DNA of 64,000 nt, taken from NCBI GenBank assembly GCA_964456985.1, contig CAYWDH010000010.1, forward strand, positions 850 to 64,849, given 5' to 3'. Positions 1 to 8,800 of the stretch are shown one piece after another. The notes under the pieces are model-generated. The model saw only the letters and a program-made list of their open reading frames with translations. It was not told the origin of the DNA and made no database searches. The translations under genes and the position numbers were made by a program. This DNA is from an uncultured Eubacteriales bacterium (lineage in GTDB: Bacteria; Acidobacteriota; Aminicenantia; Aminicenantales; Aminicenantaceae). Position 1 is the first letter of the stretch. Each line of letters starts with the position of its first letter.

Positions 1-113
1 GGATTTTCAGAAAGTGATTCAATTCTTTTCATAATGCGCTTCAAGTCTTTATTAGGTATGTTTTTTAGATCTTTGAGTACGGATTTCTTAAAATATATTT
101 TATATGCGGCCAT
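1..113 (-). CDS. RelE/ParE-family type II toxin, N-terminal part (gene runs off the window edge)
   Basis: The minus-strand ATG at 113 gives MAAYKIYFKKSVLKDLKNIPNKDLKRIMKRIESLSENP, a typical RelE/ParE N-terminus. It overlaps the upstream antitoxin stop by 14 nt. Confidence 0.7.
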   Translation of the reverse strand, partial: MAAYKIYFKKSVLKDLKNIPNKDLKRIMKRIESLSEN

Positions 114-333
114 CTTTTTTGAGCTCTTTAAGAACATCTTTAAAGGGGATTAAAGGCTCGTGCACTCTCTTTTCATAGGCAGCCAGGTCTTCTGCATCTT
201 CGGCAAGAGCCATTCTGATAGCTTCGTTTACAAGTTTTGACATGGATTTGGAGGTCTCAATGGATTTGACCTTTAAGGCTTTATGCAAGGCAGGGTCAAG
301 ATATATGGTTGCCCGTTTTGATAGTGTGCTCAT
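100..333 (-). CDS. Ribbon-helix-helix (CopG/RelB-like) antitoxin
   Basis: This 77-aa ORF has an N-terminal RATIYLDPALHKALKVKS beta-strand/helix pattern typical of RHH antitoxins and overlaps the downstream toxin. Confidence 0.8.
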   Translation of the reverse strand: MSTLSKRATIYLDPALHKALKVKSIETSKSMSKLVNEAIRMALAEDAEDLAAYEKRVHEPLIPFKDVLKELKKDGRI

Positions 334-359
334 AAAAACCTCCTTTTATAATTCAATAG

Positions 360-385
360 CATTATAACATAACAACGTTATAATG
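360..385. promoter_or_regulatory. Perfect 9-bp inverted repeat CATTATAAC-N8-GTTATAATG, candidate autoregulatory operator of the TA pair
   Basis: The repeat was read directly and lies 27 nt upstream of the antitoxin start codon. A second short palindrome, ACGCA-AAA-TGCGT, lies at 392-404. Confidence 0.45.
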
Positions 386-560
386 TCTATTACGCAAAAT
401 GCGTTACGCATGATTGATATCTTTCTCAATATTAGACGCACAAAAAGAGCCCCCATTATCAAAATCACTCGCATTTCCTGTGAAAATAGGACAATTGTCT
501 ATTGACTAAAACCCCCGCACAGGGTATTCGTATGTGTATTCGTATAGTAAACGGAGATCA

Positions 561-1475
561 ATGATGAATGTCGTAGAGATCGAAAACGTGACAAAAACCT
601 TCGGCTCGGTCACAGCTGTGGATGAATTGTCCCTCAATGTCCCGAAAGGGTGCATTTACGGTTTTATCGGGCCCAATGGGTCAGGGAAAACCACCACCCT
701 GCGCATGATCATGAACATTTTCTATCCGGATTCAGGCACCATACGAACGTTCGGTGAGGAAATGAAAGGGACCAGCACTGACCGCATCGGCTATCTCCCG
801 GAAGAGAGGGGCATGTACAAAAAGATGAAAGTGCGCGACCTCCTCAAGTTTTACGGGGAGCTCAAAAGCGGGCACAGAGTGGACAAAGACGTGGACTACT
901 GGCTCGAGCGCCTGGAACTCAGCGATTGGAGCCAGAAAAAAATAGAGACCCTGAGCAAAGGCATGGGACAGAAAGTCCAGTTCATCTCCACCATTGTAGC
1001 CAGGCCCGAGCTTATCATCCTGGACGAGCCCTTTACGGGGCTGGATCCGGTCAATGTGGAAGTGATCAAAGACGCTGTCCTGGACCTCAGGTCCGATGGG
1101 TCCACAGTGATCTTCAGCACCCATGACATGAATGTCGCTGAGAAAATGTGCGATTTCATATTCATGATATTCAAGGGGCGGAAAGTCCTGGATGGGACTC
1201 TGGCATCGATCCAGCAAAAGTACGGAAGCGATACCCTCCGTATCCGGACAGAAGGCGGAAGATCCGCTCTGGACGGCATAGAAGGCATTGATAAGATCAC
1301 AGACTTCGGAAAACTCCAGGAGCTGCGTATTCATCCGGGATTCGATCATCAAGAGATCCTGAGCCAGATCATGTCCCGCACTCAGGTCTACAGCTTTGAA
1401 CTGGCCACGCCCACACTGTATGACATATTTCTGAGAATTGCCGGGCCCGAAGCCGAGGAGCACGCCGATGCGTAA
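561..1475 (+). CDS. ABC transporter ATP-binding protein (ABC-2/NatA-like)
   Basis: It has Walker A GPNGSGKTT, signature LSKGMGQK and Walker B LIILDEP. The start was moved to the MMNVVEIENV Met at 561, downstream of the ORF-track start. Confidence 0.9.
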   Translation: MMNVVEIENVTKTFGSVTAVDELSLNVPKGCIYGFIGPNGSGKTTTLRMIMNIFYPDSGTIRTFGEEMKGTSTDRIGYLPEERGMYKKMKVRDLLKFYGELKSGHRVDKDVDYWLERLELSDWSQKKIETLSKGMGQKVQFISTIVARPELIILDEPFTGLDPVNVEVIKDAVLDLRSDGSTVIFSTHDMNVAEKMCDFIFMIFKGRKVLDGTLASIQQKYGSDTLRIRTEGGRSALDGIEGIDKITDFGKLQELRIHPGFDHQEILSQIMSRTQVYSFELATPTLYDIFLRIAGPEAEEHADA

Positions 1476-2784
1476 AACACTGAGATTTATAAAACGGGAA
1501 TATCTGGCAGCAGTCAGAACAAAGGGATTCATAATCATGCTGGTCCTGATGCCGGTGCTGATGGGAGGAAGCGGTATTGCCATGTATCTCCTTCAGGGCC
1601 AGGTGGACACAAGGGATAAACGTGTGGTCATTGTAGACCGCGCCGGGATCGTAACGGACATGATTCTCAAGGAAGCCGAAAAACGCAATGCAGAAGCTGT
1701 TTTCGATAAAGAGACCGGGAAAAAGGTCAAGCCCGCTTATGTGTTCGAAACGGCGGAGCCCAATGTCTTGGATCCTCAGACCCAGAGGCTTGAGCTTTCA
1801 GAACGCATACGCAGAGGGGAGATCCACGCCTTTTTGGAGATCGGCCCCAATGTGCTTCATCCAAGGGGTAACGAGAGCTCATTCTGGATCAAATATCACG
1901 CAAAGAATGCGGCTATCGACAGCGTCCGCACCTGGCTGGACAACACGATCAATCCCTACCTCCGAACGATCCGCCTGTCAGAGGAAGGGATCGAAGGGCC
2001 CAGAGCCAACGAGATCATGACCTGGATCCGGGTGGAGCCCATGGGATTGGTATCTGTGGATGAAGCGACAGGCGCGATCAAGGAAGCCAGAAGAACGGGC
2101 GAACTGGAGACTATCCTTGTGCCGATCGTGCTTTTTTTCCTGATGTTCATGCTGGTAATGATGGGGGCCATGCCCCTTCTCCAGAGCACCATGGAGGAAA
2201 AAACACAGCGGATAGCCGAAGTCCTCCTGGGCAGTCTTCAGCCCCATCAGTTCATGGCGGGAAAGGTCATTGGAGGCTTGCTTGTATCTCTGACCGGAGC
2301 CCTGGTTTATGTCGCCGGAGGTGTCTTTTTCATGGGCCGGATGGGGTTGACTGATTTTATTCCCTTCCATGTGATCCCCTGGTTTTTTGCTTTCCTTATT
2401 CTGGAGATCGTCATGGTGGGTTCGATCCTGGCTGCAGTCGGTTCGGCCTGCAATGATCCCAAGGACGCCCAGAATATGACCTTCCCGGCCATGATTCCGG
2501 TCTTTTTGCCCATGTTCATTTTTATGCCTGTTCTGCAGGAACCGACCAGCGCTTTTGCCACCTGGCTGTCTCTTTTCCCCCTTTTCACACCTATGCTCAT
2601 GATCATCAGAACAGCCTCTCCTGTGGGTATCCCGGCGTGGCAGCCCTGGGTCGGACTGGCAGAGGTTCTGCTCTTTACTGTTTTTATCGTGTGGATCGGA
2701 GGGCGGATCTTTCGTGTCGGCATTCTTATGCAGGGAGGCCCCCCCAAGATCTCCAAAATGATCAAATGGGCTTTCCGCGGCTGA
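1468..2784 (+). CDS. ABC-2 type transporter permease (NatB-like)
   Basis: It has an N-terminal TM helix, a large extracytoplasmic loop and a C-terminal multi-TM block. The ATG at 1468 overlaps the ATPase stop by 8 nt. Confidence 0.85.
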   Translation: MRKTLRFIKREYLAAVRTKGFIIMLVLMPVLMGGSGIAMYLLQGQVDTRDKRVVIVDRAGIVTDMILKEAEKRNAEAVFDKETGKKVKPAYVFETAEPNVLDPQTQRLELSERIRRGEIHAFLEIGPNVLHPRGNESSFWIKYHAKNAAIDSVRTWLDNTINPYLRTIRLSEEGIEGPRANEIMTWIRVEPMGLVSVDEATGAIKEARRTGELETILVPIVLFFLMFMLVMMGAMPLLQSTMEEKTQRIAEVLLGSLQPHQFMAGKVIGGLLVSLTGALVYVAGGVFFMGRMGLTDFIPFHVIPWFFAFLILEIVMVGSILAAVGSACNDPKDAQNMTFPAMIPVFLPMFIFMPVLQEPTSAFATWLSLFPLFTPMLMIIRTASPVGIPAWQPWVGLAEVLLFTVFIVWIGGRIFRVGILMQGGPPKISKMIKWAFRG

Positions 2785-2818
2785 TTTATAAATAATGATT
2801 CGAATTAATGATGAATAC

Positions 2819-3382
2819 TTATTTATGGAACTTAATCCTCTTTATTATATAGTAGTAATTCCTAAAAGTTTTACCATCTGAAACAGCTATTACGTGACTA
2901 AAATACCAAGGTTTTTTTTCTTTCGGGAGTTTGAGACAGAAGAAACCTGTAGATTTTAAGGTTTTCTTTTCTCCATCTGTAGAAATTTCTTCAACTGAAT
3001 CATCACCGTCGATGACCTTTTTGTAAATAACTTTGCTTCCATCCCATAAATAAATCTTAACTTGTTCAATAGATGATCTATGCTCTTCATTTGCAATAAA
3101 TTCTATAGATTCAACATTATGCAGGTTTATATCTCTATGGATTTCAACCTTATTTACCTCGACATAATAATGTATCCTTATTGAAATTTCCGTTCGACCT
3201 CTCCCAAAACTCACAGGTTCATGATATTCAAAAATTATGTAATTTGCTGGAATAAGTTCTTTTCCAGTCTGTAAAGTTATAGTAAATTTTAAATCTTGTG
3301 TGAATACTTCTTGTGCATTTGAATACTTTACTGCAAAACAAAGTATAATGACCATAGGAATAACTAAAAATAGTTTTTTCAT
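2819..3382 (-). CDS. Hypothetical secreted protein (AT-rich islet)
   Basis: It has a signal peptide, MKKLFLVIPMVIILCFAVKYSNAQ. I recognised no family motif. Confidence 0.6.
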   Translation of the reverse strand: MKKLFLVIPMVIILCFAVKYSNAQEVFTQDLKFTITLQTGKELIPANYIIFEYHEPVSFGRGRTEISIRIHYYVEVNKVEIHRDINLHNVESIEFIANEEHRSSIEQVKIYLWDGSKVIYKKVIDGDDSVEEISTDGEKKTLKSTGFFCLKLPKEKKPWYFSHVIAVSDGKTFRNYYYIIKRIKFHK

Positions 3383-3472
3383 TTTCCCCTCTTTGAAAGG
3401 TGCTGTATGAATTAGATATCAATTGACACTATCTGTCAAGTTAAGTGTAGGTCATTCCACATTAGCTCTGAT

Positions 3473-3724
3473 TTATACATCTCTCAAATAAAAATATCGC
3501 TTCCTTTCACGATAATCATCATCCTTAAGCTCCAAGCCCACCACTTCATTAAAGCTCGTCTCCAGTAAATACGTATTTTCCTCTATAAGCGTCTTAAAAG
3601 CTTCATCAGCATCGATCCCCTCAGCAAATCCCAGAACCTGGCAATTTTCAATATCCGGCTCGACCGCCTCACTCCCAGGCTGATAAGTGTATCCCTCAGA
3701 TGTGATAAAAATATAAGCTCCCAT
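3473..3724 (-). CDS. Small acidic hypothetical protein
   Basis: The internal Met (MGAYIFITSEG) is preceded by a strong GAGGAGG RBS. I recognised no family. Confidence 0.5.
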   Translation of the reverse strand: MGAYIFITSEGYTYQPGSEAVEPDIENCQVLGFAEGIDADEAFKTLIEENTYLLETSFNEVVGLELKDDDYRERKRYFYLRDV

Positions 3725-3907
3725 GTGATCCTCCTCAAAAAAAGTTGATCCATTATGGATCACTTTTAAGGATGAATCAAATGATAAACTCTCTCCCCAT
3801 TTTATCTTGACCTTTCTCTTCCCTCTATGATATTTTTTATCTTTGGAACCAAGCTAAGGCAAAAAAGTATTAAAATATAAAGTAATTAAGACTTAGTTTT
3901 TAAAACT

Positions 3908-4837
3908 ATGCGTCTTTACGTGGGAGTCACAGACAATAACTGGTATGACTTCCTCTCCCGCCTCCCTGATTGTGATGAAGTGAACTTCTGGCAACCATCT
4001 CCTTCCAATCCATTTAAAGCCTTAAATCCAGGCGAACCTTTCCTCTTTAAGTTAAAAAGCCCCTATAACCATATTGTTGGAGGAGGTTTCTTCACATATT
4101 ACACCAAACTTCCTGTAAGCTTAGCTTGGGAAGCCTTTAAAGAAAAAAATGGGGCTTCCTCATTTATGGATATGAGATCCCTCATCTTATCAAAAAGAAA
4201 CCTATCTTCTGATACAAGAGAGGACTTCCAGATCGGATGTATCCTGCTAACACAACCTTTTTTCCTTGATAAAAATCTATGGTTTGTGCCCCCTGAATGG
4301 AGTAAAAGCATACAAACAGGAAAAGGCTACAGTCTGGATAAAGAAGCAGGCAAGATTATATGGGAGAGAATACAATTCCTCTCAGAACAAAAAGACTCTA
4401 AAGCCCTACAGCTTAGGGAAATATTGAATGAACAACAAAGGTATGGAAAAGACCAGATCATAAAACCGCGTTTAGGTCAAGGCACTTTCCGGGTCAAAGT
4501 CACAGATGCTTATCACCGCTCCTGTGCGGTTACAGGAGAGAGAGCGCTACCGGTGCTGGAAGCTGCCCACATAAAGCCCTTTTCTGAAAGCGGGCCTCAC
4601 ATGGTACAAAACGGCCTTCTCCTTCGATCCGATCTTCACAAACTCTTTGACAAAGGCTATATGACCTTAACGACTAAACTTGATGTAGAAGTGAGCCGGC
4701 GTATTAAAGAAGAATTCGATAATGGAGAGTATTACTACACCTTGCATGGAAAAAAGATGAGACATCCAGCTCACCTGGATGAGAGGCCAGAGAAGGAATT
4801 CATAACCTGGCATAATGAGAATAGGTTTAAGGGATAA
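3908..4837 (+). CDS. HNH endonuclease (HNH_2-type) with an N-terminal beta-rich reader-like domain; candidate type IV restriction enzyme
   Basis: The C-terminal CAVTGERALPVLEAAHIKPFSESGPHMVQNGLLLRSDLHKLFDKGYMT matches the HNH_2 pattern (AHI.P ... N.L.L....H..FD). The N-terminal ~150 aa (NFWQPS...PGEPFLFKLK) resembles PUA-like modules fused to such nucleases. Confidence 0.8.
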   Translation: MRLYVGVTDNNWYDFLSRLPDCDEVNFWQPSPSNPFKALNPGEPFLFKLKSPYNHIVGGGFFTYYTKLPVSLAWEAFKEKNGASSFMDMRSLILSKRNLSSDTREDFQIGCILLTQPFFLDKNLWFVPPEWSKSIQTGKGYSLDKEAGKIIWERIQFLSEQKDSKALQLREILNEQQRYGKDQIIKPRLGQGTFRVKVTDAYHRSCAVTGERALPVLEAAHIKPFSESGPHMVQNGLLLRSDLHKLFDKGYMTLTTKLDVEVSRRIKEEFDNGEYYYTLHGKKMRHPAHLDERPEKEFITWHNENRFKG

Positions 4838-4946
4838 TCGTTTATATAATTGACAGGAAATTAAAGATAAAAAATATCTCTTTATTGATAAGATATTAAT
4901 ATCATTTTTATTTTTAATTTATAAAATTTTTTTGGAAAATCACAAA

Positions 4947-5516
4947 ATGATGAAATTATATAGCTTTCTTTTTTTTGAAGGGAATAAAAATCTATTAAAG
5001 TATAGAAAAATAGGACTATTAGCATCCAGGAATGTTGTACCAGGAGTTTCTCAAATTCTAATCGAATTAGTAAATAGGTTGTCAAAATTAAACAATTGTG
5101 TTTTTATTAGTGGTTGGCATTCTCCTATTGAAAAAGAAATTCATGAAGATTTAATAAAAATAGGAAAGGCACATATTCATATTGGTGCAAAATCAATTAA
5201 TAAGATGTTTTGTCAATTAGATAAAGGAAAAACATTATTTATTTCTCATTGTGATTCGAAAGTTATCCGAATAACAAGAGAAAATGCCCTAAAAAGGAAT
5301 AAAATAATATGTAAAATTTCAGATTTATTATTAATTCCTTGGTTGGATACAAAAGGAAAAACACATAATATTGTTTCTAATTATTGTAAAATCATACCAA
5401 CTTTCATTTTGAATAAGGAATATAATTTAGATTTAATAAAACATGGTGCTTATTATTATAATTTTCCTAAAATAAAATCTCTATTGGAGAAAAATAATGC
5501 AGACTTTAACAATTGA
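4947..5516 (+). CDS. DprA/Smf-like (SLOG/Rossmann) protein
   Basis: IGLLASRN..., FISGWHSPIEKEIHEDLI and RENALKRNKIICKISDLLLIP align with the DprA blocks (VGsR, SGlAxGID..aH, FpxRNRIIaglsd). Its 3' end overlaps the methyltransferase start by 20 nt. Confidence 0.65.
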   Translation: MMKLYSFLFFEGNKNLLKYRKIGLLASRNVVPGVSQILIELVNRLSKLNNCVFISGWHSPIEKEIHEDLIKIGKAHIHIGAKSINKMFCQLDKGKTLFISHCDSKVIRITRENALKRNKIICKISDLLLIPWLDTKGKTHNIVSNYCKIIPTFILNKEYNLDLIKHGAYYYNFPKIKSLLEKNNADFNN

Positions 5517-8500
5517 GGAAATTGTAAGAATCCAATCATATATTGTCGCGGAGCAAATAAAAAAAGCAGCAAACTGGGCTGATTCCGAAGAGGATTTAAG
5601 GGTTGAAACTGAAAAGATACTCGAAGAATTTAAAAAGAAAGCTAAACTCAAAGAATTGAAAGGGCACCATGAGGTGACTATAGGAAAAGGGAGAGCAGAT
5701 TCTATATATAATTATATTGTCATAGAATACAAAAAACCGGGGAGATTATCTGATTCCAATAGCTCTTCTGGAAATAAAGAAGTTATAAATCAATTAAAGG
5801 ATCGTATGGATGTTTTAGAGAAAGAAGAAAATAGAAAGATCACAAAATTATTTGGCATTGGTCTTGATGGGAATTGGTTTGTCTTTGTTAGGTTTCGTCA
5901 TAATAATTGGGAAGTTAACAAGCCAGTACCTGTAAACAAACAAACAACAGAGAGATTTTTACGAGCATTATTAGCTCTTGCAGCAGCAGGCAAAGCTCTT
6001 CAGCCTCAATATCTTTCTGGAGACTTTGGTGCCGATTCACCCCTGTCAGGAAAAGGCATAGAAACTTTTTATAAAGCAATAATTAATACTGATAATCCAA
6101 AAGCAAAAGTCCTTTTTGAAGAATGGAAAATTTTGTTTAGTGAAGTAGGAGGATATGATATAAAATCACTTGATAACAAAATTCAAATATTAGCTGATTT
6201 TTATAATATAAAAGAAAAGCCCGAACCTTCTGCTTTGCTGTTCTCTGTACAAACCTATTATGCATTATTTATGAAACTTTTAGCTGCAGAAATAATGAAT
6301 TATTTTAATCCAATGTTTCCTTCGATTTTAAACCGTTTTCATCAAGCATCCACAAGTGAAAAACTAGTACGGGAACTGAAAGACTTGGAAAAAGGCGGTA
6401 TTTACAGGCAAATGAAGATAACAAATTTTTTAGAGGGGGACATGTTTTCATGGTATCTAGATGCATGGAATACTACAGATAAAGCTGGCAAAAAAATTGA
6501 GGTAGAAAGAGTCATAAGGGATATTATAAATAAAATGGATGAATATGATCCAGTTACTCTATCAGTTGAACCTGGGGAATCCAGGGATTTACTTAAAGAA
6601 CTCTATCAAGAGCTTTTCCCAAAAAGTGTGCGTCATGACCTTGGAGAATATTACACTCCAGATTGGCTTGCGCAATGGGTAATTGAGAAGGTAGGTATAA
6701 AGGGCAATCCAGATGAGCGAATTCTCGATCCAGCTTGTGGATCAGGAACTTTCTTAGTTCTAGCGATTCAAAAAATACGAAAATTCGCTGAAGAAAATAT
6801 GATCCCTGAAAGAGAACTTATACAAAAAATTAAAGAAAATGTTGTGGGCTTTGATTTAAATCCGCTTGCTGTTATTGCAGCACGATTGAATTATCTTATT
6901 GCCATTAGAGATTTAATTAAATATGGAGATGAGATAGAGATACCTATATATCTTTGCGATTCGGTTTTGACTCCTTCTGAATATGAAGAACTTTTTACAC
7001 CATCCGGTACTCCAGCAAAAAAAGGAGAAAAAGGATCAGTGAGAAAACTTAAAACTAGTGCAGAAACGTTTATAATTCCTTCAGAAATCGCTTCTTCCCG
7101 TAGATTTGTAGCAAGATATACAGAACAATTAGAATATTGTGTTCAACATGATTTTACACAAGAAGAATTTGTCCAGCGATTAAAAGAGGAAGATCTTCCT
7201 GTAGAAAGCAAAGAATTGCACGTAGATCTATTTAATATTTTAACTAAGTTAAATAAAGCTGATAAAAATGGAATATGGGCAAGAATCATTAAAAATGCCT
7301 TTGCTCCTCTTTTTATTAGTCCGGTTGATTATATAATTGGGAACCCTCCATGGGTTAATTGGCAAAATCTTCCTGAGGAATATAGGCAAGATAGCAAAGA
7401 ACTATGGTTTAAATATGGTCTGTTTCCTCATAAAGGAATGGATGCTATCCTTGGGAAAGGAAAAAAAGATATTTCGATGATTATGACTTATGTATCTATG
7501 GACAAATATCTAAAAAAACATGGAAAGCTTGGTTTCGTTATCACTCAATCTGTTTTTAAAACCGCAGGAGCTGGACAAGGATTTAGAGGATTTAAGATTG
7601 ATGATAAAACATCGATAGCGCCAATTTATTGTGATGATATGGTAAAAATAGAACCATTTGAAGCAGCAAATCGAACAGCAGTTATAATACTTCAGAGGGA
7701 TATAGAAGTTAATTATCCTATCCCATATACTTTATGGAAGAAGAAAAAAAGAGGGAAAATTGATTCTCATACAGAGTTACAGAATGTATTAAATAGTGTT
7801 GAACGAATCAATTTCGTTGGAAAACCGGTAGATCCTAAAGATAAGACATCTGCTTGGATGACAGGTTATAAACAAGCTCTTTATGCAGTAGATAAAATTA
7901 TAAGGAAATCAGACTACATTGCTCATGCGGGTATGTATACAGGAGGGGCTAATGCAGTTTATTGGGTGGAAAAATTAAAAGAATTAGAGGGAGGGAATGT
8001 ACTTGTTAGAAATATTACCGAAGGGGCAAAAAGAAAAGTAAGACAAGTAGAAGCAGTAATTGAAGAGGATGTCCTTTATCCCTTAGTTCGAGGAAGGGAT
8101 GTGAAAAGATGGAGAGCTTATCCATCAGCTTATATAATAATGGTACAGGATCCAATTAGACGACAGGGTATTGATGAATCGATCATGAAGCAGAAATATC
8201 CTCAAACATATGCATATCTTAAAAAGTATGAAGATGAATTAAGAGATAGAGCTGCATATAAAAGATATTTTAAAGAAACCGATCCATTTTATTCAATGTT
8301 TGATGCTGGAGAATACACATTTTCTCTATGGAAGGTAGTATGGCCATGGATTTCTACTAATTTAAAAGCAGCTGTTATTAGTAAGGATATCGAGGGAAAA
8401 ATTTTAGTACCGGAACATAATACATCTTTTGTGTCCTTTAATAATCCTGAAGAAGCGTTCTTTTTTTGTGCTTGTTATAATTCAGCACCTGCGAATTATA

Positions 8501-8772
8501 TTGCTAAATCTTCATGGTCAGGTGGGGGAGGGGGTATTGCTTCTCCTAAAATTGTTGACAGAATTTTTGTTCCCAAATTCAATAAGTCAAGTAAGTTGCA
8601 TCAAGAAATTTCATGTTTAGCAAAAAGAGTTAATGATCTTGTATTAGAAAATAAAACTGAAGAATTAACTAAAACCGAAAAGCAGCTATCAGAAAAGTTG
8701 GCCTCATTATGGAGTCTAAAAAAAGATGAACAAAGAGACATTCATGAATCTTTGGAGAAAATGGATTGTTAG
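5497..8772 (+). CDS. Large N6-adenine DNA methyltransferase with an N-terminal PD-(D/E)XK-like nuclease motif (type IIG/MmeI-like architecture)
   Basis: Motif I is LDPACGSGTFLV and motif IV is IGNPPWVNW. The N-terminus carries D68-X8-E77-X-K79 (GRADSIYNYIVIEYKKPG). A ~450-aa C-terminal region is a candidate target-recognition domain. Confidence 0.9.
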   Translation: MQTLTIEEIVRIQSYIVAEQIKKAANWADSEEDLRVETEKILEEFKKKAKLKELKGHHEVTIGKGRADSIYNYIVIEYKKPGRLSDSNSSSGNKEVINQLKDRMDVLEKEENRKITKLFGIGLDGNWFVFVRFRHNNWEVNKPVPVNKQTTERFLRALLALAAAGKALQPQYLSGDFGADSPLSGKGIETFYKAIINTDNPKAKVLFEEWKILFSEVGGYDIKSLDNKIQILADFYNIKEKPEPSALLFSVQTYYALFMKLLAAEIMNYFNPMFPSILNRFHQASTSEKLVRELKDLEKGGIYRQMKITNFLEGDMFSWYLDAWNTTDKAGKKIEVERVIRDIINKMDEYDPVTLSVEPGESRDLLKELYQELFPKSVRHDLGEYYTPDWLAQWVIEKVGIKGNPDERILDPACGSGTFLVLAIQKIRKFAEENMIPERELIQKIKENVVGFDLNPLAVIAARLNYLIAIRDLIKYGDEIEIPIYLCDSVLTPSEYEELFTPSGTPAKKGEKGSVRKLKTSAETFIIPSEIASSRRFVARYTEQLEYCVQHDFTQEEFVQRLKEEDLPVESKELHVDLFNILTKLNKADKNGIWARIIKNAFAPLFISPVDYIIGNPPWVNWQNLPEEYRQDSKELWFKYGLFPHKGMDAILGKGKKDISMIMTYVSMDKYLKKHGKLGFVITQSVFKTAGAGQGFRGFKIDDKTSIAPIYCDDMVKIEPFEAANRTAVIILQRDIEVNYPIPYTLWKKKKRGKIDSHTELQNVLNSVERINFVGKPVDPKDKTSAWMTGYKQALYAVDKIIRKSDYIAHAGMYTGGANAVYWVEKLKELEGGNVLVRNITEGAKRKVRQVEAVIEEDVLYPLVRGRDVKRWRAYPSAYIIMVQDPIRRQGIDESIMKQKYPQTYAYLKKYEDELRDRAAYKRYFKETDPFYSMFDAGEYTFSLWKVVWPWISTNLKAAVISKDIEGKILVPEHNTSFVSFNNPEEAFFFCACYNSAPANYIAKSSWSGGGGGIASPKIVDRIFVPKFNKSSKLHQEISCLAKRVNDLVLENKTEELTKTEKQLSEKLASLWSLKKDEQRDIHESLEKMDC

Positions 8773-8800
8773 TAAGTATAATACATTGGAGCCATTCTAA

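Noticed and set aside
524-545. The direct repeat GTATTCGTAT-GT-GTATTCGTAT lies just upstream of the ABC ATPase start.
   Set aside because: It is real in the sequence, but it is short, has no obvious partner regulator, and overlaps the RBS region. It is too little to interpret.
732-1583. A 283-aa minus-strand ORF, plus nested ORFs at 896-1300 and 926-1126, inside the ABC ATPase gene.
   Set aside because: It is antisense to a gene with clear Walker and signature motifs. It has no recognisable motifs and is a typical shadow ORF in GC-richer coding sequence.
4873-4903. The palindromes GATATTAATATC (4892-4903) and AATATCT-N11-AGATATT lie upstream of the DprA-like gene and might be a controller-protein operator.
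   Set aside because: The sequence is extremely AT-rich, so such palindromes arise easily by chance. No C-protein-like regulator is present.
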